Assembly (NCBI GenBank): GCA_964016885.1 | Contig: OZ024749.1 | Location: forward strand, 55,118,001 to 55,182,000 | Reading direction: 5' to 3' | DNA: 64,000 bases | Source of the DNA: Eledone cirrhosa | Taxonomy: Eukaryota | In this document: one piece after another, positions 1 to 13,194 of the stretch | Layout of the letters: each line of letters opens with the position of its first letter | Numbering within the stretch: position 1 is the first letter of the stretch | The notes under the pieces: generated by a model | What the model was told of the DNA's origin: nothing | What the model saw: only the letters and a program-made list of their open reading frames with translations | Databases searched by the model: none | Position numbers and translations under genes: made by a program

Positions 1-65
1 CACACGCTCCAGAAAAGGATAGAGATAGAGAGAGAATGGAAGTGAGAAAGAGATATTGAGGAAGA

Positions 66-226
66 ATCGACTTCAGTACTAGACTGGTACTTTTTATTCG
101 GCGACCTTTAAAGGATGAAAGGCAAATTTTACCTCGGCAGGATTTGAACACTGAGAGTAGAAAGACGAATTGAATACCACAATGCATTCTATCGGAGGTT
201 CTAACTATTCTCCCAATTCGCCGTCT
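66..226 (-). mobile_element. tRNA-derived SINE, family A (degenerate copy)
   Basis: Plus strand reads ctggtact...aaggatgaaaggcaaa...acctcggcaggatttgaac; the reverse complement has a B-box-like gttcaaatcc. The same motif string recurs at ~37170-37240, ~52468-52540 and ~56512-56580. Confidence 0.75.
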
Positions 227-1002
227 AGTTTTAAATGTACACAGAGGCAGAAATATATAGCAAACAATCCATAGAATCATCGCCTGACAATAAAGGCCAC
301 AACAACACCCACTTCAAAGTAGATATGAAACTGTCGATTTGATAAAAGCAAGCAAATTTGTTACACGATGAAATATACATTGCTAGGTGTAAGGGTAACA
401 TCATTGCTTTTACAGAAATCCACAAGGGCGAGAGATCACTGATGTGTGAATTAGCTAGGCAGGTATCCATTAGATATGTATCTGATTGGCAGTCAGTGAG
501 CAAGGAGATAAACCGAAAATGATCTAGGAGTTGGGTGAAAAGAGGAATCATAGTAAAAGTTAATGGGATACAATTACGAGATAAGGAACTCATAAAACAA
601 GTAGATAGAGAAAGCTATAAATATTTAGTTACAACAGGTTTAGATAAGATTTAGAAGAAAGAAAAACACCTCTAATATAAATCATATATTTAGGAACGAA
701 TATATCGAAATGTTAAAATTAGGGCCTTAAATCTAAGTTAAATGACTATTAAAATAGGGGCTTTATCACTTTTCAGGTATATAATACAGAGTAGATTCTA
801 AAATGGGACAAAGAAGTATTAATTCAGAGAGGGGAAAATCGAAAGTTATGTTCACATATGGAACATTAAAAGCAAGGTAGATGTTGTACAAAGTGAATAA
901 TTAGGTGTGAACCGTGTATACAGAGTTAAGATTTCATGTTGAACGTTCCAAGTTTCAATCAGCCGAATGTTCAACTCGTTAAAGTAACATACATGTAAGT
1001 GG

Positions 1003-1057
<55 letters not shown>

Positions 1058-1195
1058 CGTTTTACATCTGCCTTCCCATGCTCTCGTCTATAGAGAGACA
1101 CGTGTACGACCCTTAACACAATTCTCAGACCGAATCCATTAAGTAGTGAGGTACAAATATTTATTTATTATCAATTCGTATTGGAGTGGTTCTAT

Positions 1196-1705
1196 GTTGG
1201 TGGTGGTGGTGGTGTCGTGTCGTGTTGGTGGTGTTGGTGTGGTGTCGTGGTGGTGTGGTGTCGTGTTGGTGGTGGTGGTATCGTGTTGTTGGTGTCGTGT
1301 TGGTGGTGGTGTGGTGTTGGTGATGGTGTCGTGTTGGTGGTGGTGTGGTGTTGGTGTGGTGTTGGTGGTGGTGTGGTGTTGGTGGTGGTGTCGTGTTGGT
1401 GTCGTGTTGGTGGTGGTGGTAGTGTCGTGTTGGTGGTGGTGTCGTATTGTTGGTGGTGGTGGTGGTGATAGTTGTTGTTGGTGGTGGTGGTGGTGATAGT
1501 TGTTGTTGGTGGTGATAGTTGTTGTTGTTGGTGGTGGTGGTGGTGATAGTTGTTGTTGTTGGTGGTGGTGGTGATAGTTGTTGTTGTTGTTGGTGGTGGT
1601 GGTGATAGTAGTTGTTGGTGGTGGTGGTGGTGGTGATAGTTGTTGTTGGTGGTGGTGGTGGTGGTGATAGTTGTTGTTGGTGGTGGTGGTGGTGGTGATA
1701 GTTGT
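1196..1705. repeat. Compound (GGT)n/(GTT)n tract with recurring interruptions (gtcgtgttggtg, then gtgatagttgttg)
   Basis: Visible periodicity; explains the overlapping low-complexity ORFs at 1139-1740. Confidence 0.9.
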
Positions 1706-2607
1706 TTGCATGGCGGTAGTGATGGAATCGGTTGAGACATAATTTGATAATGGTTATAGTGATGCTGCCAAAGTCTTGTGCTGATTATATAATAGTTGTA
1801 GTGTAATAGGTGTGGTGGTGGAGTGATGGTGGTTTGGGTATATGTTCGGGGTGGGGCTGGTCTTTGTGGTATGGGAGAGTGAAGGGGGAGAGTGAAGGTG
1901 CAGTGGTTGTGATCGTAATATTTGTGGAGGATTGTACTGTTAGAAGCAATGTTGTGGTGTTGTTGGTGGTGGCGATAGTAGTTCCAGTATTGATGTTGTT
2001 GATGATGGTTGTCGTGGTGGTCGTCGTGGTAGTTGTTGGTAATAGTGGTGGTGGTTTGAGGCTTTATGTGCTAGTTTTGGTGGTGATAATAGTGGTAGTG
2101 CAGGTCGTGGTGGTGCTGGTGATAGTGATGTTGGTGGTGGTGAGAATGGTGGTGGTGCTGGTGATGTTGGTGGTGCCGGTGCTGAGGGTGCTGGGGACAG
2201 TGTTGGTGGTGGCGGTGGTAGTGAAGGTGGGGGCGGTGGCAGGTACGATTGTTATACGTTAGAAATGCCAGTGGAAGGCGACTGACATTTGCTAATTTTT
2301 ATCCGTCCGTAATGAGTGGTTCATTGTTAATTCATGTAACATTTGCAATGAAATGTTAGACTCAACTATATGAAAAGTTGTACATTCTCAAACTGGTACG
2401 AACAGCACAATAACTGTGACGTCACTGGATACTGCGACGGACGGAGGGAGAGGATGAGAGAGAGAGAAGGGGGGGGGGGGCAAGAGTTATGGGAGGAAAG
2501 TGAGAGAGAGAAAGAGAATGTAAGAGAGAGAAAGCGAGAGAGACGATGTCAGTGACGGAAAGTAGGGAGAGCTTGATTACATCTATCTATATATGTGTGT
2601 GTGTGTC

Positions 2608-2648
<41 letters not shown>

Positions 2649-3480
2649 GTTATTTTTGTTTCGATTTTTGGTGGTGTTTGCAACAACAAAACTTCACAAC
2701 CAACACCAACCACAACACCAACAACATCACAAACAACCCTCACTAAAACTCACAAAATTTCTGAAATCAACAGCAACACCATTGCCAACAATATTCATAA
2801 ATTCAGCAACCCATCCAACACCACTAGTGCCAACACCCACAACACCACCTTCACAACCAACACCACCTATACTAACAACAAGAATACCACCTCCAACAAC
2901 CACATCACCACTACACACACCACTCACAATACCACCCACAACACCCAACAATACTACCAATAAGACCATCAACAACACCCAAAACACCACCAATATCACC
3001 AATAACAACAACAGCAACAACACCAACAACACCACCAATAACACTAACAACCACAAGACTACCCAGAAAACCACCAATACCAACGACAACGACAACGACA
3101 ACGACAACAACAACAACCAGGAAAACAAGTATAGAAGAGCCTTGGAAGACATAAAGTAGGAATTCTGGCCACAAAGAAAACTAAATCGGTCTTCACAAAT
3201 AACTGTGCAATTTCAATCGACTATAATGCATCAAATTACACATGTAACTGCTGCAGTTTTTCTCTTCAGCAATGGGGTAATGTTAGCTGACTGCATTATG
3301 GTGCACATATGCTTGCAACAGCATTCTTCACCACCATCATCATCAACATCATCATCATGGATAACAACATCATGTGAAGTATCAACAATCCACCAGCTTT
3401 CCTTTTATCAATAATATGAACTCTATAATAAAATGCAAACACATGCAACACTGATGTGCAGTTGCAAATGCTAATGTTAT

Positions 3481-3742
3481 TTGCTGTTGTAGTTGTTGTT
3501 GTTGTTGTAATGTCTATTGTTATTGTTGTTGTTGCTATGGCTGTTGTTGTTGTTGTTCATGTAGCTATTGTTGGTGTTGTTGTTGATGTGGCTATTGTTG
3601 GTGTTGTTGCTGTTATTGTTATTACTCTTGTTATTACTGTTTTTATTGTTGATGTTGTGATTGTTGTATCTGTTGCTGTTGTTGTTGTCGAATTTGTTGC
3701 TTTTGTTGTTGTTGTTATTACTGTTGTTGTTGATGTTGATGT
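3481..3742. repeat. Degenerate (GTT)n tract
   Basis: Visible; gives poly-Val/poly-Asn/poly-Leu ORFs. Confidence 0.9.
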
Positions 3743-4214
3743 TCGCTGCGCTACCAGAGCTGAATAGAATTCTGGACAATGCAGTTGTAAATGCTAATTC
3801 TGTTGAAAATAGATGGATTGTTGCTAGTGAATGTGATGATGGTGATGATGATGAGGAGGAGGAGGCTGAAGAGGGAAAGGTGAAGGGGGAGAATGTTTAT
3901 GGAGAAGGGGGAAGGGGAGGGGAAGGGGAGAATATGTAGCCCACGATACATTGGGCAATGTAGCGTTGTTGATGGTGACTGATCGTATTGATGATGATGA
4001 TGCGGAGTAGGAGAAGAGGGGGCAGGAGGAGGTGAGGGTAGAGGAGTGGAAGTATTGAGCCCACGATGACGTTAGCTACTGTAACGGTGGTGAGGATGGT
4101 TATGTTCGTATTGGAGATGATGATGACTGAAATAATATTCACAACTGACCTACGTATAAAATAGCAATACCACACCACTGTCACCACCACCAACATCACT
4201 ATCAACTACATCTT

Positions 4215-4270
<56 letters not shown>

Positions 4271-4272
<2 letters not shown>

Positions 4273-4496
4273 AAATAATTAAGTCAAATATGTAAAATTT
4301 GCCTTCGTTTTTCTTTTCCACACCAATTTGGACTGCCTGAAGAGGTCACAGCCAATGATGGCTGTCACCGAAATATATATAGCAGTCATTTTTAATTTAT
4401 AATAAACGAAGCCAAATTTTACATATTTGTCTTAATTATTTTACATTTCTCCGGAGTAAACAAACCAACCTGCGTACTTCGTCGAGTGCTCCATTC

Positions 4497-4499
<3 letters not shown>
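4271..4499 (+). mobile_element. Penelope-like pseudo-LTR/retrozyme-like mini-element in (TA)n with 40-bp inverted repeat
   Basis: Flanked by (TA)n on both sides. 4271-4310 is the reverse complement of 4404-4443 (38/40 match). Contains a hammerhead motif followed by AATAAA (4401-4406). Confidence 0.7.
4331..4387 (+). ncRNA. Type I hammerhead ribozyme (minimal, palindromic stem III)
   Basis: gactgc-CTGAAGA-ggtcacagcca-atga-tggctgtcacc-GAAA-tatata-TA-gcagtc. Perfect 6-bp stem I, CUGANGA core, 10/11-bp stem II, GAAA, and AUA cleavage triplet (cut after 4381). Confidence 0.85.
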
Positions 4500-4531
<32 letters not shown>

Positions 4532-4671
4532 CGTTGTGTGTGATATTTGTTTAGCTTTTCATTTCCTCGCGTGAGTTGATCATGGTTTCCCGAATTTTAA
4601 TGTTTTTGTCTTTTTATAGATGGAAGCTAATGTTATAAGCTAAACCTACTTTTATATGCTCTGCCGAATTT

Positions 4672-4950
4672 AACTTGGCAGTTAAATGGGTGTTTCTCCA
4701 AATTTTTCATTTTGGTATGACATTACAATTCACTTGTTTTGATATGTCAACATCAGTATAATTTTTCTGTTTACAATAAATGGTTTTCCAGCTACGGGAG
4801 AAGACACTTGGCCAATTTGATCATATGGGTGTATTTCCAAGGTTCCTGCTTTAGTATGACATTATAACACAGTTGTTTTCATATGTCAACATTCGTATAC
4901 TTTTCCTGTTTACAATAAATGGTTGAAGACACTTGTCTAACTTGGCCAAA
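4672..4950. repeat. Diverged tandem duplication, ~139-bp period, two copies plus a partial
   Basis: gtatgacatt...atatgtcaacat...ctgtttacaataaatggtt occurs twice (tttacaataaatggtt at 4770 and 4909). Confidence 0.8.
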
Positions 4951-5096
4951 TTAAAATATAAGACGCCATTTCTATCTTCAGTTAGAAACTGATTCCATGA
5001 GATTTACCACTGATAGTACGGTCCTAAATGTCATAACTTCTTTATCTCAATATTTTAAACTCTAAAGCAAGGAGAAGATTCAATAGCCATGACTAT

Positions 5097-5130
<34 letters not shown>

Positions 5131-6660
5131 GTTTGGTCAATCAATGATAAACGTTGATTGCCAAATAAATTAACTATGGTGATATAAAAGATACAGAAGC
5201 GAAAACCAACCAAACAGTGAGTGTGTTCTGTTATTATTTCTGGCAATATTATTACAACAATATGACTCTCCCCAACTATAACAATATATATATATATATA
5301 TAGATGAGACCTTTCTATTTCAGCCTAGTCGGATCATTAGTATTCTTAGTACTCTAAACGCAAGAAACTTAGGGTAACGATATTGTTATATGGGTGAAAA
5401 TGTGGCCGTGTGGTTGAACAACTAGCAGCACGTGATTATTGCTTGGCAATATTCTTCACAGACTTTTCAATATTGGATTTAACATTGTTATGAATATCTC
5501 CCAAATTTCTATGTTATATGTAGTTCCAATGTATCCGATCCAGCCAGGCAGCATCTACCTGTTGCCACTTCAAGCTAGAAATAATAGCTATGTAATTCTA
5601 TAATCGCATCCTATCACTTTCAATATGTTTGGCTACACTAGATAATCAAATCAAAGGTATACTTTATTTTATCGATCCTAGTGAGACGAAGAGGAGCATT
5701 GATCTAGGTGAGATTTGTATTCAAAACATAAATCTCTGAAACTAAAACCACATGAAATTTCAACCGATGTTCTATGATAGCAGACCAACGTCGTCCAATC
5801 TACTACGTTTCATGACACACATTTCTTACAGTAAAAATACTATAAGAGTTACAGCTATCAGACAAGATAAATATTTGCTTTTCCTTCGAGGAATCTGGAG
5901 TATGTCTGAGAGAAAATACTAATGCCACGTACGAAAGACACTGCCGTTATCAATGTGTTTATCTAAAATCTAACATAATAATAAGTTGTTGTTTTTTTAA
6001 AGAAATATAATAATTCGCGCCTGGATTCTCTTTCGTCTTTTCGTTGTTCGTACGTGAAATTGGAGTGTGAAATCACTGCCTCTCACTAAGGGAAATAAAT
6101 CTTTCAAGCAATGTTTTTATTGACATAAACTATACAATGCAAATAAATATATAAATAATTAAATAAATAGATATATAGATAAATAAATAAATACAAAGAT
6201 CAATCTGAACAAATTATAAATCGTGTGTTTAATATATTTACACAAACTCTAATATCTTTCCACTTAAAGAGAGAGCGAGAGAGCGTAGAAGCTCAAATGA
6301 ACAGTATTTGAATTTTCTTTTCTAATTATAAAGTAAATCTATATCATGAATTTAAATAGCCAGTATTTTTTTAAGGACAGCATTTATTTTTATAATCTAA
6401 ATTCACGACTATTGAACAGAAAGGAAAATGACGTTTAAGGTCAAGCACTGCGAGTCTTTCAAGTGATTATTTGATCAATGGCGGTAAAATATGGTTCGAT
6501 AAAGGAGAGTGATATGAATTACTTTACATTACTTAGTAGAGTAAATTATACGATAGCTGTTCAAATTCACTGCCTATCGATCCAAGGTCACGTATATAAT
6601 TAAGATGTAGTGTAGCAGAAGATTCAAGTGAACCTAAACAAAGACACTTAAAATAACATA

Positions 6661-6833
<173 letters not shown>

Positions 6834-7382
6834 ATATGAATGTATATATATATATATATTTGTGTGTGTATGTGTGTGTGTGTGTATGGAAGGAATTTCT
6901 CGTTATTCTGACAAAAGCTTGCTTAAAAGCCTTACAGAAACTTTATATTTTTAGATTTATCTAGAGGTTATCGTATAATGCAAGCGAGCATGTATCACTG
7001 GATATGACGTATAGAAAAATGAAGAGAACTCCCATAAGCTGTGAACATGCTTTGAATTCTATAAAGCCTTCCTGAATAGTGTTTAGAAGATAGCGATGAT
7101 GCAGAAAGGAAATGTTTTTATGATTTATATATTGTGTTATCCATGATGCAATTTTAACTATTATTCCAGTATAGGGAAATTATCATGCCTAGTTCGGATA
7201 TAACTACATTTTCTATCGATGATGGTGATGGTTATAATGATGACATTTTTTCGAACTTTACATTTTCCCATCTATCTAAATTATCTCTATCTCTGTACAT
7301 ACATATATATATATATATCCACCTACTTTCCTATCGATTGATCGATCTGCCTATCTACATATCTACATATCTACATATCTAC

Positions 7383-7414
<32 letters not shown>

Positions 7415-7604
7415 TTATCTGTCTATATATCTAGGTAAATATAATGCAATGTTTTTGCCAGTGAACATGTATGTGTAGCGGATTAAATTTAAATTATTGA
7501 ATCTATAATTTTTAACTGATAAAACTAGGACACAGATACGAATAAATATACACCAGAAAAGAACACGTACGCACAGATCCATAGATAAACAGACAGACAG
7601 ATAA

Positions 7605-7641
<37 letters not shown>

Positions 7642-10520
7642 TATGACTTGCTCGTCAGCAAGCTGGAATATATTTATGATGGCATTGCACACGTACGTTT
7701 AGTTTTGATTTTAAGTCTACGATTTTTATTCTAAAGAACATTTTCTAAATGTATAAGTTAGACATGACTATTAATTAGAATTTGAGATTGGTCTGTCTGT
7801 CTGTCTATTGGTTCTTTTGGTTGGTAGTTTTGTCAGTCGGCCGGACGGCTGGTCGATCGGTCGATGTTATATTCTATAATTCTTATGGCAGAATATTCAC
7901 ATTCCGATGCTAAGAGAAGCGTACTGGGGGAAAAGCGGAAATGTAAATAACATGAGATGAATCCTTAATAAATATACAATTCCTGAAAACATGAATAGAG
8001 CTAACTCTCCCTGTCACCTCCACCAACACCAGCACCAACGACAGCTCTCCCCTCTAGCCCCCTAATTTGGTAGAGAATGTTAAGGTTAGTGGGGGGTGGG
8101 AGGTGGATATGGAGAAATTATAGGAATCAATACAAGAAAGATACAACGAACAACAAGGCTTTAGCTATTATATGAGTTTTGTGTCACGTGCTGCTTGGCT
8201 AGCTGGCTGATTGGCTGACTGACTAGCTGGCTGGTTGGTTGGTTGGTTTATTCTCTTCACTCGCTCCGAAACCTACGGCGTCTCTCCACCCCCACACCTC
8301 GCTACGCCTCACATCCACTTCAATATCCTCAAATTCTTCATTTTATTCAGTCTATCTCGCTCTCTTGGGTTTCTCTTTTCATACAGATTTCATCTCTTAT
8401 GTATCCACGTGCTTCTTGTTACCGTATAATTGATGGCTGTGTTTTTACTTCTTAAATTTGTTGATTTATTCACATAATTTGTATTCCCTCTCAACCTTAC
8501 ATTGTCGCCGTTTTCTTTTCTTTTCTTGTTTTTTTTTATTATTCTGCTTCGGCAATCATTATAGATTACGCGAATGAGAGAGTTCGAGAACGAGAATGAG
8601 AATGGTAGTGAGAGTGGACGAGAGGTGCAAGGAGATACGTTGGATTACACAGCGTGGAAGAAAGACAGAGAGAGAGAGAGAGGGGTGGAAGAAGAGAGAG
8701 GGAGAGAGAGAGAGAGAGAGGGGTGGAAGGAGAAAGAGAGAGAGTGAACAAAAACTTATGATAATGGTGAAATATTTAACCAGGCTGGAATGTGGTATTA
8801 TTTTCTGTTTCACTTCTGGCGACCTTAAACAATCTAACTGAGTCTATGAACCTTTATTGTAATTATATACTTATTACTACGATACCCCACTTGCAGATGC
8901 AAAAACGTTAACCACTCTTGGCCTAGACAAACAAACTAACGTCAGATTTGGCTTAAAGTGGTACATCTGTTATACAAGAAATTGCTACGTTAGTTGATAT
9001 AAATAAAGGTGTTCAGTGCAGATCGCGTGTTGGAGATTTACATTTTCAATTTCCGAGACTCAGATTGAAGCAGACGACTTCTAAAATGTTGAATTGTTGT
9101 TCTGCACAGAAAAGATAACAGCGAATATATTAGAAAATCAATTTAGGGGTGATTAGCGTGGGCGGTGACCAGTATTAGATATTAGTTAGGTTGGTTAGGT
9201 ACTTAACGATAAATAAACTAGAGTAGTGTATAGGAGTTACCGATGTGGATGTAGATTTGGTAATTAGCGACACAGTTAGAATGTAAATTTTGACAACAGC
9301 ACAAGAATATTTCCAGAATATTGAAGACTGTATTCCAATGATAACGGCGTGACATTGAAATCATTTTGTGATAAAATGGCGTACATTAGAACCACCTCAA
9401 TGATTTCTGATGGACATTAAAATCACCTCAATGGTTTACTTCGACGTACGGCAACAAAGATCTCGTGTTGCGAGAAGCAAGTGAATGAGTCTAACGGAAG
9501 TTCTGGGCGACTGCATTGAGTGGCAGGTCGGAAAGTATTAACGACCGGCTCTAAATATAGTTTCATGTATTCCAGATATCTTAGTTTTGTTCGATAAATC
9601 CGGCAACCTATTGTTGAACTCATGAATGTTCAACCATAGAAGCTGGGATTAAACTGGATGTATTGTTAGTAAATTACAAAAGCAAGTGGACCCTTACAAT
9701 CCAATATTTCTACTAAACATGGACAATGATTTACACCAATATGGAAAAGCATTAAAAGATCCCCCAATTTGTTATATTATTCCAGGCGTGTCTGCTAGGA
9801 ATACATTTCATTACATAAAACATGCATCGCCTTTCGTTTAGTTTTGGTCAGATTCACACCAAATTACGTGAAGGTCTGGCTGCAAGACCTGGTAATTATA
9901 GTATTATAAAAGTGACATAGACCTTATAATGAAGGTCTGTATCCATATTTCATCAGTTTATTATTGTACATTTCACTCAGTATTAGTGTTCTTCTCGGCC
10001 CCTTCTGTAAGTATTTGTTCTGAAGACTACTACTGAACCTTAACATTGAACTGATTTGGAGGGTGGGTATGGTTTGGTTTGGTTTGGCATGAGTCATGTG
10101 TACAGGTTGTTGGTCGGTTTAGGGTGTTTGCGGAGTATGTTTAGATTGAGTATTTGTGGAGCACTAACGGACTTCTCTTCTTTAGTTTCAGGAAACGTAC
10201 AACCAAAACCACATTACCCAATGCTTGCTTTTTTCTTCTATTTAAACGTGATTTTAAAGAGATGTCGCTTTTATTTATATGAACTCATGCAACACCCACA
10301 CAGAGCCTACCTCCCCAAACAAACACCCTCACTATAGATATATATGCGAGAAAAACCACAAAACCTCCATCTCAATTCTACTTTCGAAAAGCATAAGAAC
10401 TGTGAAACCGGTAAAGGAAACAAATAAATATTCTTAAAAAGACTCCAGTTGCATTTTCGATTTCATCTTCTTTCCTTATACTCTCACTCGTTTTTTTTTC
10501 ATATAAAAAAAACTCATTTT

Positions 10521-10549
<29 letters not shown>

Positions 10550-10556
<7 letters not shown>

Positions 10557-10874
10557 ACATACCTCTACGGTCTTGATGGTTCAATTCCAGTATTGGCAGA
10601 TGACTGCCAATACTGGAATTGAACCATAAAGACCGTAGAGGTATGTCATACATCAATTCATGTATTATGTCTGACGAGGACGTACTGAAAAAAACAGCAC
10701 AGTACCTTCGAAATATATATAATAAAATATATATTTTGATTATGTGAATGTCTTCATTTATTAATATTTTGAATAACATTAATAACTCTAGAAAACTTTT
10801 CTTGTAGAGTGGTTTTAATCTATTGTAAAACTATATTCATTGAGTAATCAATGAACCATATTAATCTTTGGTTT

Positions 10875-10875
<1 letters not shown>
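10550..10875 (+). mobile_element. Penelope-like mini-element in (TA)n starting with a 50-bp foldback
   Basis: Bounded by (TA)n at both ends. Arms 10550-10599 and 10604-10653 are reverse complements (49/50) around an atga loop, and a hammerhead motif follows 9 nt later. Confidence 0.7.
10663..10729 (+). ncRNA. Type I hammerhead ribozyme (core intact, stems slightly mutated)
   Basis: tattatgt-CTGACGA-ggacgtactg-(12-nt loop)-cagtaccttc-GAAA-tatata-TA-ataaaata. Stem II is 9/10 paired and stem I 7/8 paired counting G-U. Same tatata stem III as the 4331 copy. Confidence 0.7.
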
Positions 10876-10916
<41 letters not shown>

Positions 10917-11283
10917 TAAAAAAGGAGATGAAAAGCCAGTCCCGTTGAGGCCATTCCCAAGCAGGTCAGCAGTGAAGTCAGATACAAGGGGCTACAACTA
11001 GAAGTTACGATAGGATCGAAATCTTAGTTTAAAGGGGATCCCCCACTCTCTGTACACGGGTCTTCCCTCTCTAATTCATGATATATTCAATCTACTCCAA
11101 TCAATAAACGATATTTCTATTCATTATTCATTCCGATACTATGTAAACAGATTCAAGTATTCTCTTCATTAGGTTTTTTTTTTGCTTCTTCTCTTTGTTT
11201 AATGGAAGACCCACTTAGTCATAATGTAACATTGATGTGTAAAGAATATTGGAGTTTTTGTGAAACACTCACACACACACACA

Positions 11284-11317
<34 letters not shown>

Positions 11318-12911
11318 GTCTCTCTACGTCACAAGTATTGTAAACATAAGACTTTAGTATGGAACACTCGTTCGGACATAATTTGTATTTAGGATTAAAA
11401 AAAAAACTCATGAGGAGCAAGACAGAGAAAAAAAAGGTGGGAAAGAGATAAAGAAATGATAAAATAAAAAAGAAAGAAGAAAGCGGCAGAAGAAAGAGTA
11501 ACAAGAGAGGGGAAGGGGAACAAGAAAGAAAAAGAGGTGAAAATACAAAGAAAAAGACGACAAAAGGCGCAAAGCAAGAAGAATGAAATAAAAAGAGCGA
11601 TGATGAGAGAGGAAAAAAAAGAAAAAAAGAGGAAGAATGGACGACAATATAAAGAAAGAAAGTAACAATAGCAAGAGAGAAACGAGAAAAAATAGAAGAA
11701 ATAGGGAGAAGTAAAGAGATGAGGGAGAGGGAGTATATTTTTATATTCCACTAATTAAATCCTAATTTGTTCGGTAAACAAGATACAACTTTGTATGGAA
11801 TACTCGTCTCACCATAATTTCTACTGCAAACAACAATCGATTTTCTATTAACAAGAAAAAAAGTTTTGACAAATAGAAGGAGAAAGAAAAAAAATCCTCT
11901 CAGAATTTCATGGCCGTAGAATCTAAGAAGACGTTATTTCTAAGAAAATTTATATATGTTCCTTTCTGAAATAAGACTGAGAGAATAGTATTTTCTTTCG
12001 CCTACAAATTTAATAAGGTAGTGTCAATAGATATTTAACTTAGACTTATCTACTTCTCTTGTGGATGTATCATGGACAAATTCTTAAGATATTTCCTTCA
12101 CAGCCATAAGATACCCTGTTCGTTATGGTTGCGGGATATCTTAGTCAAGTATATATTTTTAAAACCGTATACATACGTACATAGATACATTATACATAGT
12201 ACATAAATAACATCCCATATTCCCCACATATCTTGGAAATCTAAATAGCTGTTAACGTAACAGCAGCAGCAGAAACATCAGCAACAACAGCAGCAATAAC
12301 AACAGCAGCAGCAATAACAGCAGCATAACTATCACCGTCGGCGCCACCACAACCAACAGTACTACCAACATCACAAACATCACCAATACGATCAACAGCA
12401 TCGTTCCATTCACGGTGACTATATATATATATATAAAACCCAGGAATTATTCCTATTCCTTTAAGCAAGTATTGCGATCACAACATCATCATCATCATCC
12501 CCATAATCACTATAGCTGACATCATCATCATCATCATCATCACCATAATTACTAGAACTGACATCATCATCTCATCATCTCAACACAACAACCAAATAGT
12601 TTATAGTAATATGACTATAAAGAAAGACAATTATCAAACAGTCATTGACTATTATACTCTAGTATTGGATTTAATGATGATTTCCTATTGTCGTCGTTTG
12701 TTTATTAATCATTTTCTACATCTTGTAATAGGTACATTTTAACATATCCGTCGTATTGCAGACATTCGTAGCAATTAGAGGTGAACAAATAAAGCGAAGA
12801 AGGCGAAGAAACATCTTTCACTTTACACAACACAATAGATAGTTTTTATTTAGATTATTTTATCTGTGATTATACAATAGCTTCGACGTATGTATAACAA
12901 TACGTTTGTGT

Positions 12912-12990
<79 letters not shown>

Positions 12991-13163
12991 GATTAAACCA
13001 GTATTAAACTACTAAGGCCTTAATTCAACAGAGTACTCGAAACTCGAGATAATAGAGTATGACAATGTATAGAGTATATATTACGAAGTTCGCAGGTGGG
13101 TCTGTTTGCGCAGGAGCAATTTAAAAACTAGACGTGTAAGTCAACAGGTTAAAATTAACTCCG

Positions 13164-13194
<31 letters not shown>

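Noticed and set aside
231-593. 120-aa ORF as a gene or Penelope RT piece
   Set aside because: I could not place convincing RT motifs or any domain.
2593-3159. 188-aa Pro/Thr/Asn-rich ORF
   Set aside because: Starts in (TG)/(GA) repeats, consists of degenerate CAA/CAC triplets, and has no recognisable domain.
9340-9450. Integrase-like words (DNG...KSFC...IRTT...NGLLRR)
   Set aside because: Spacing does not fit an rve core well, there is an in-frame stop, and no LTR or other pol motifs are nearby; needs tBLASTN.
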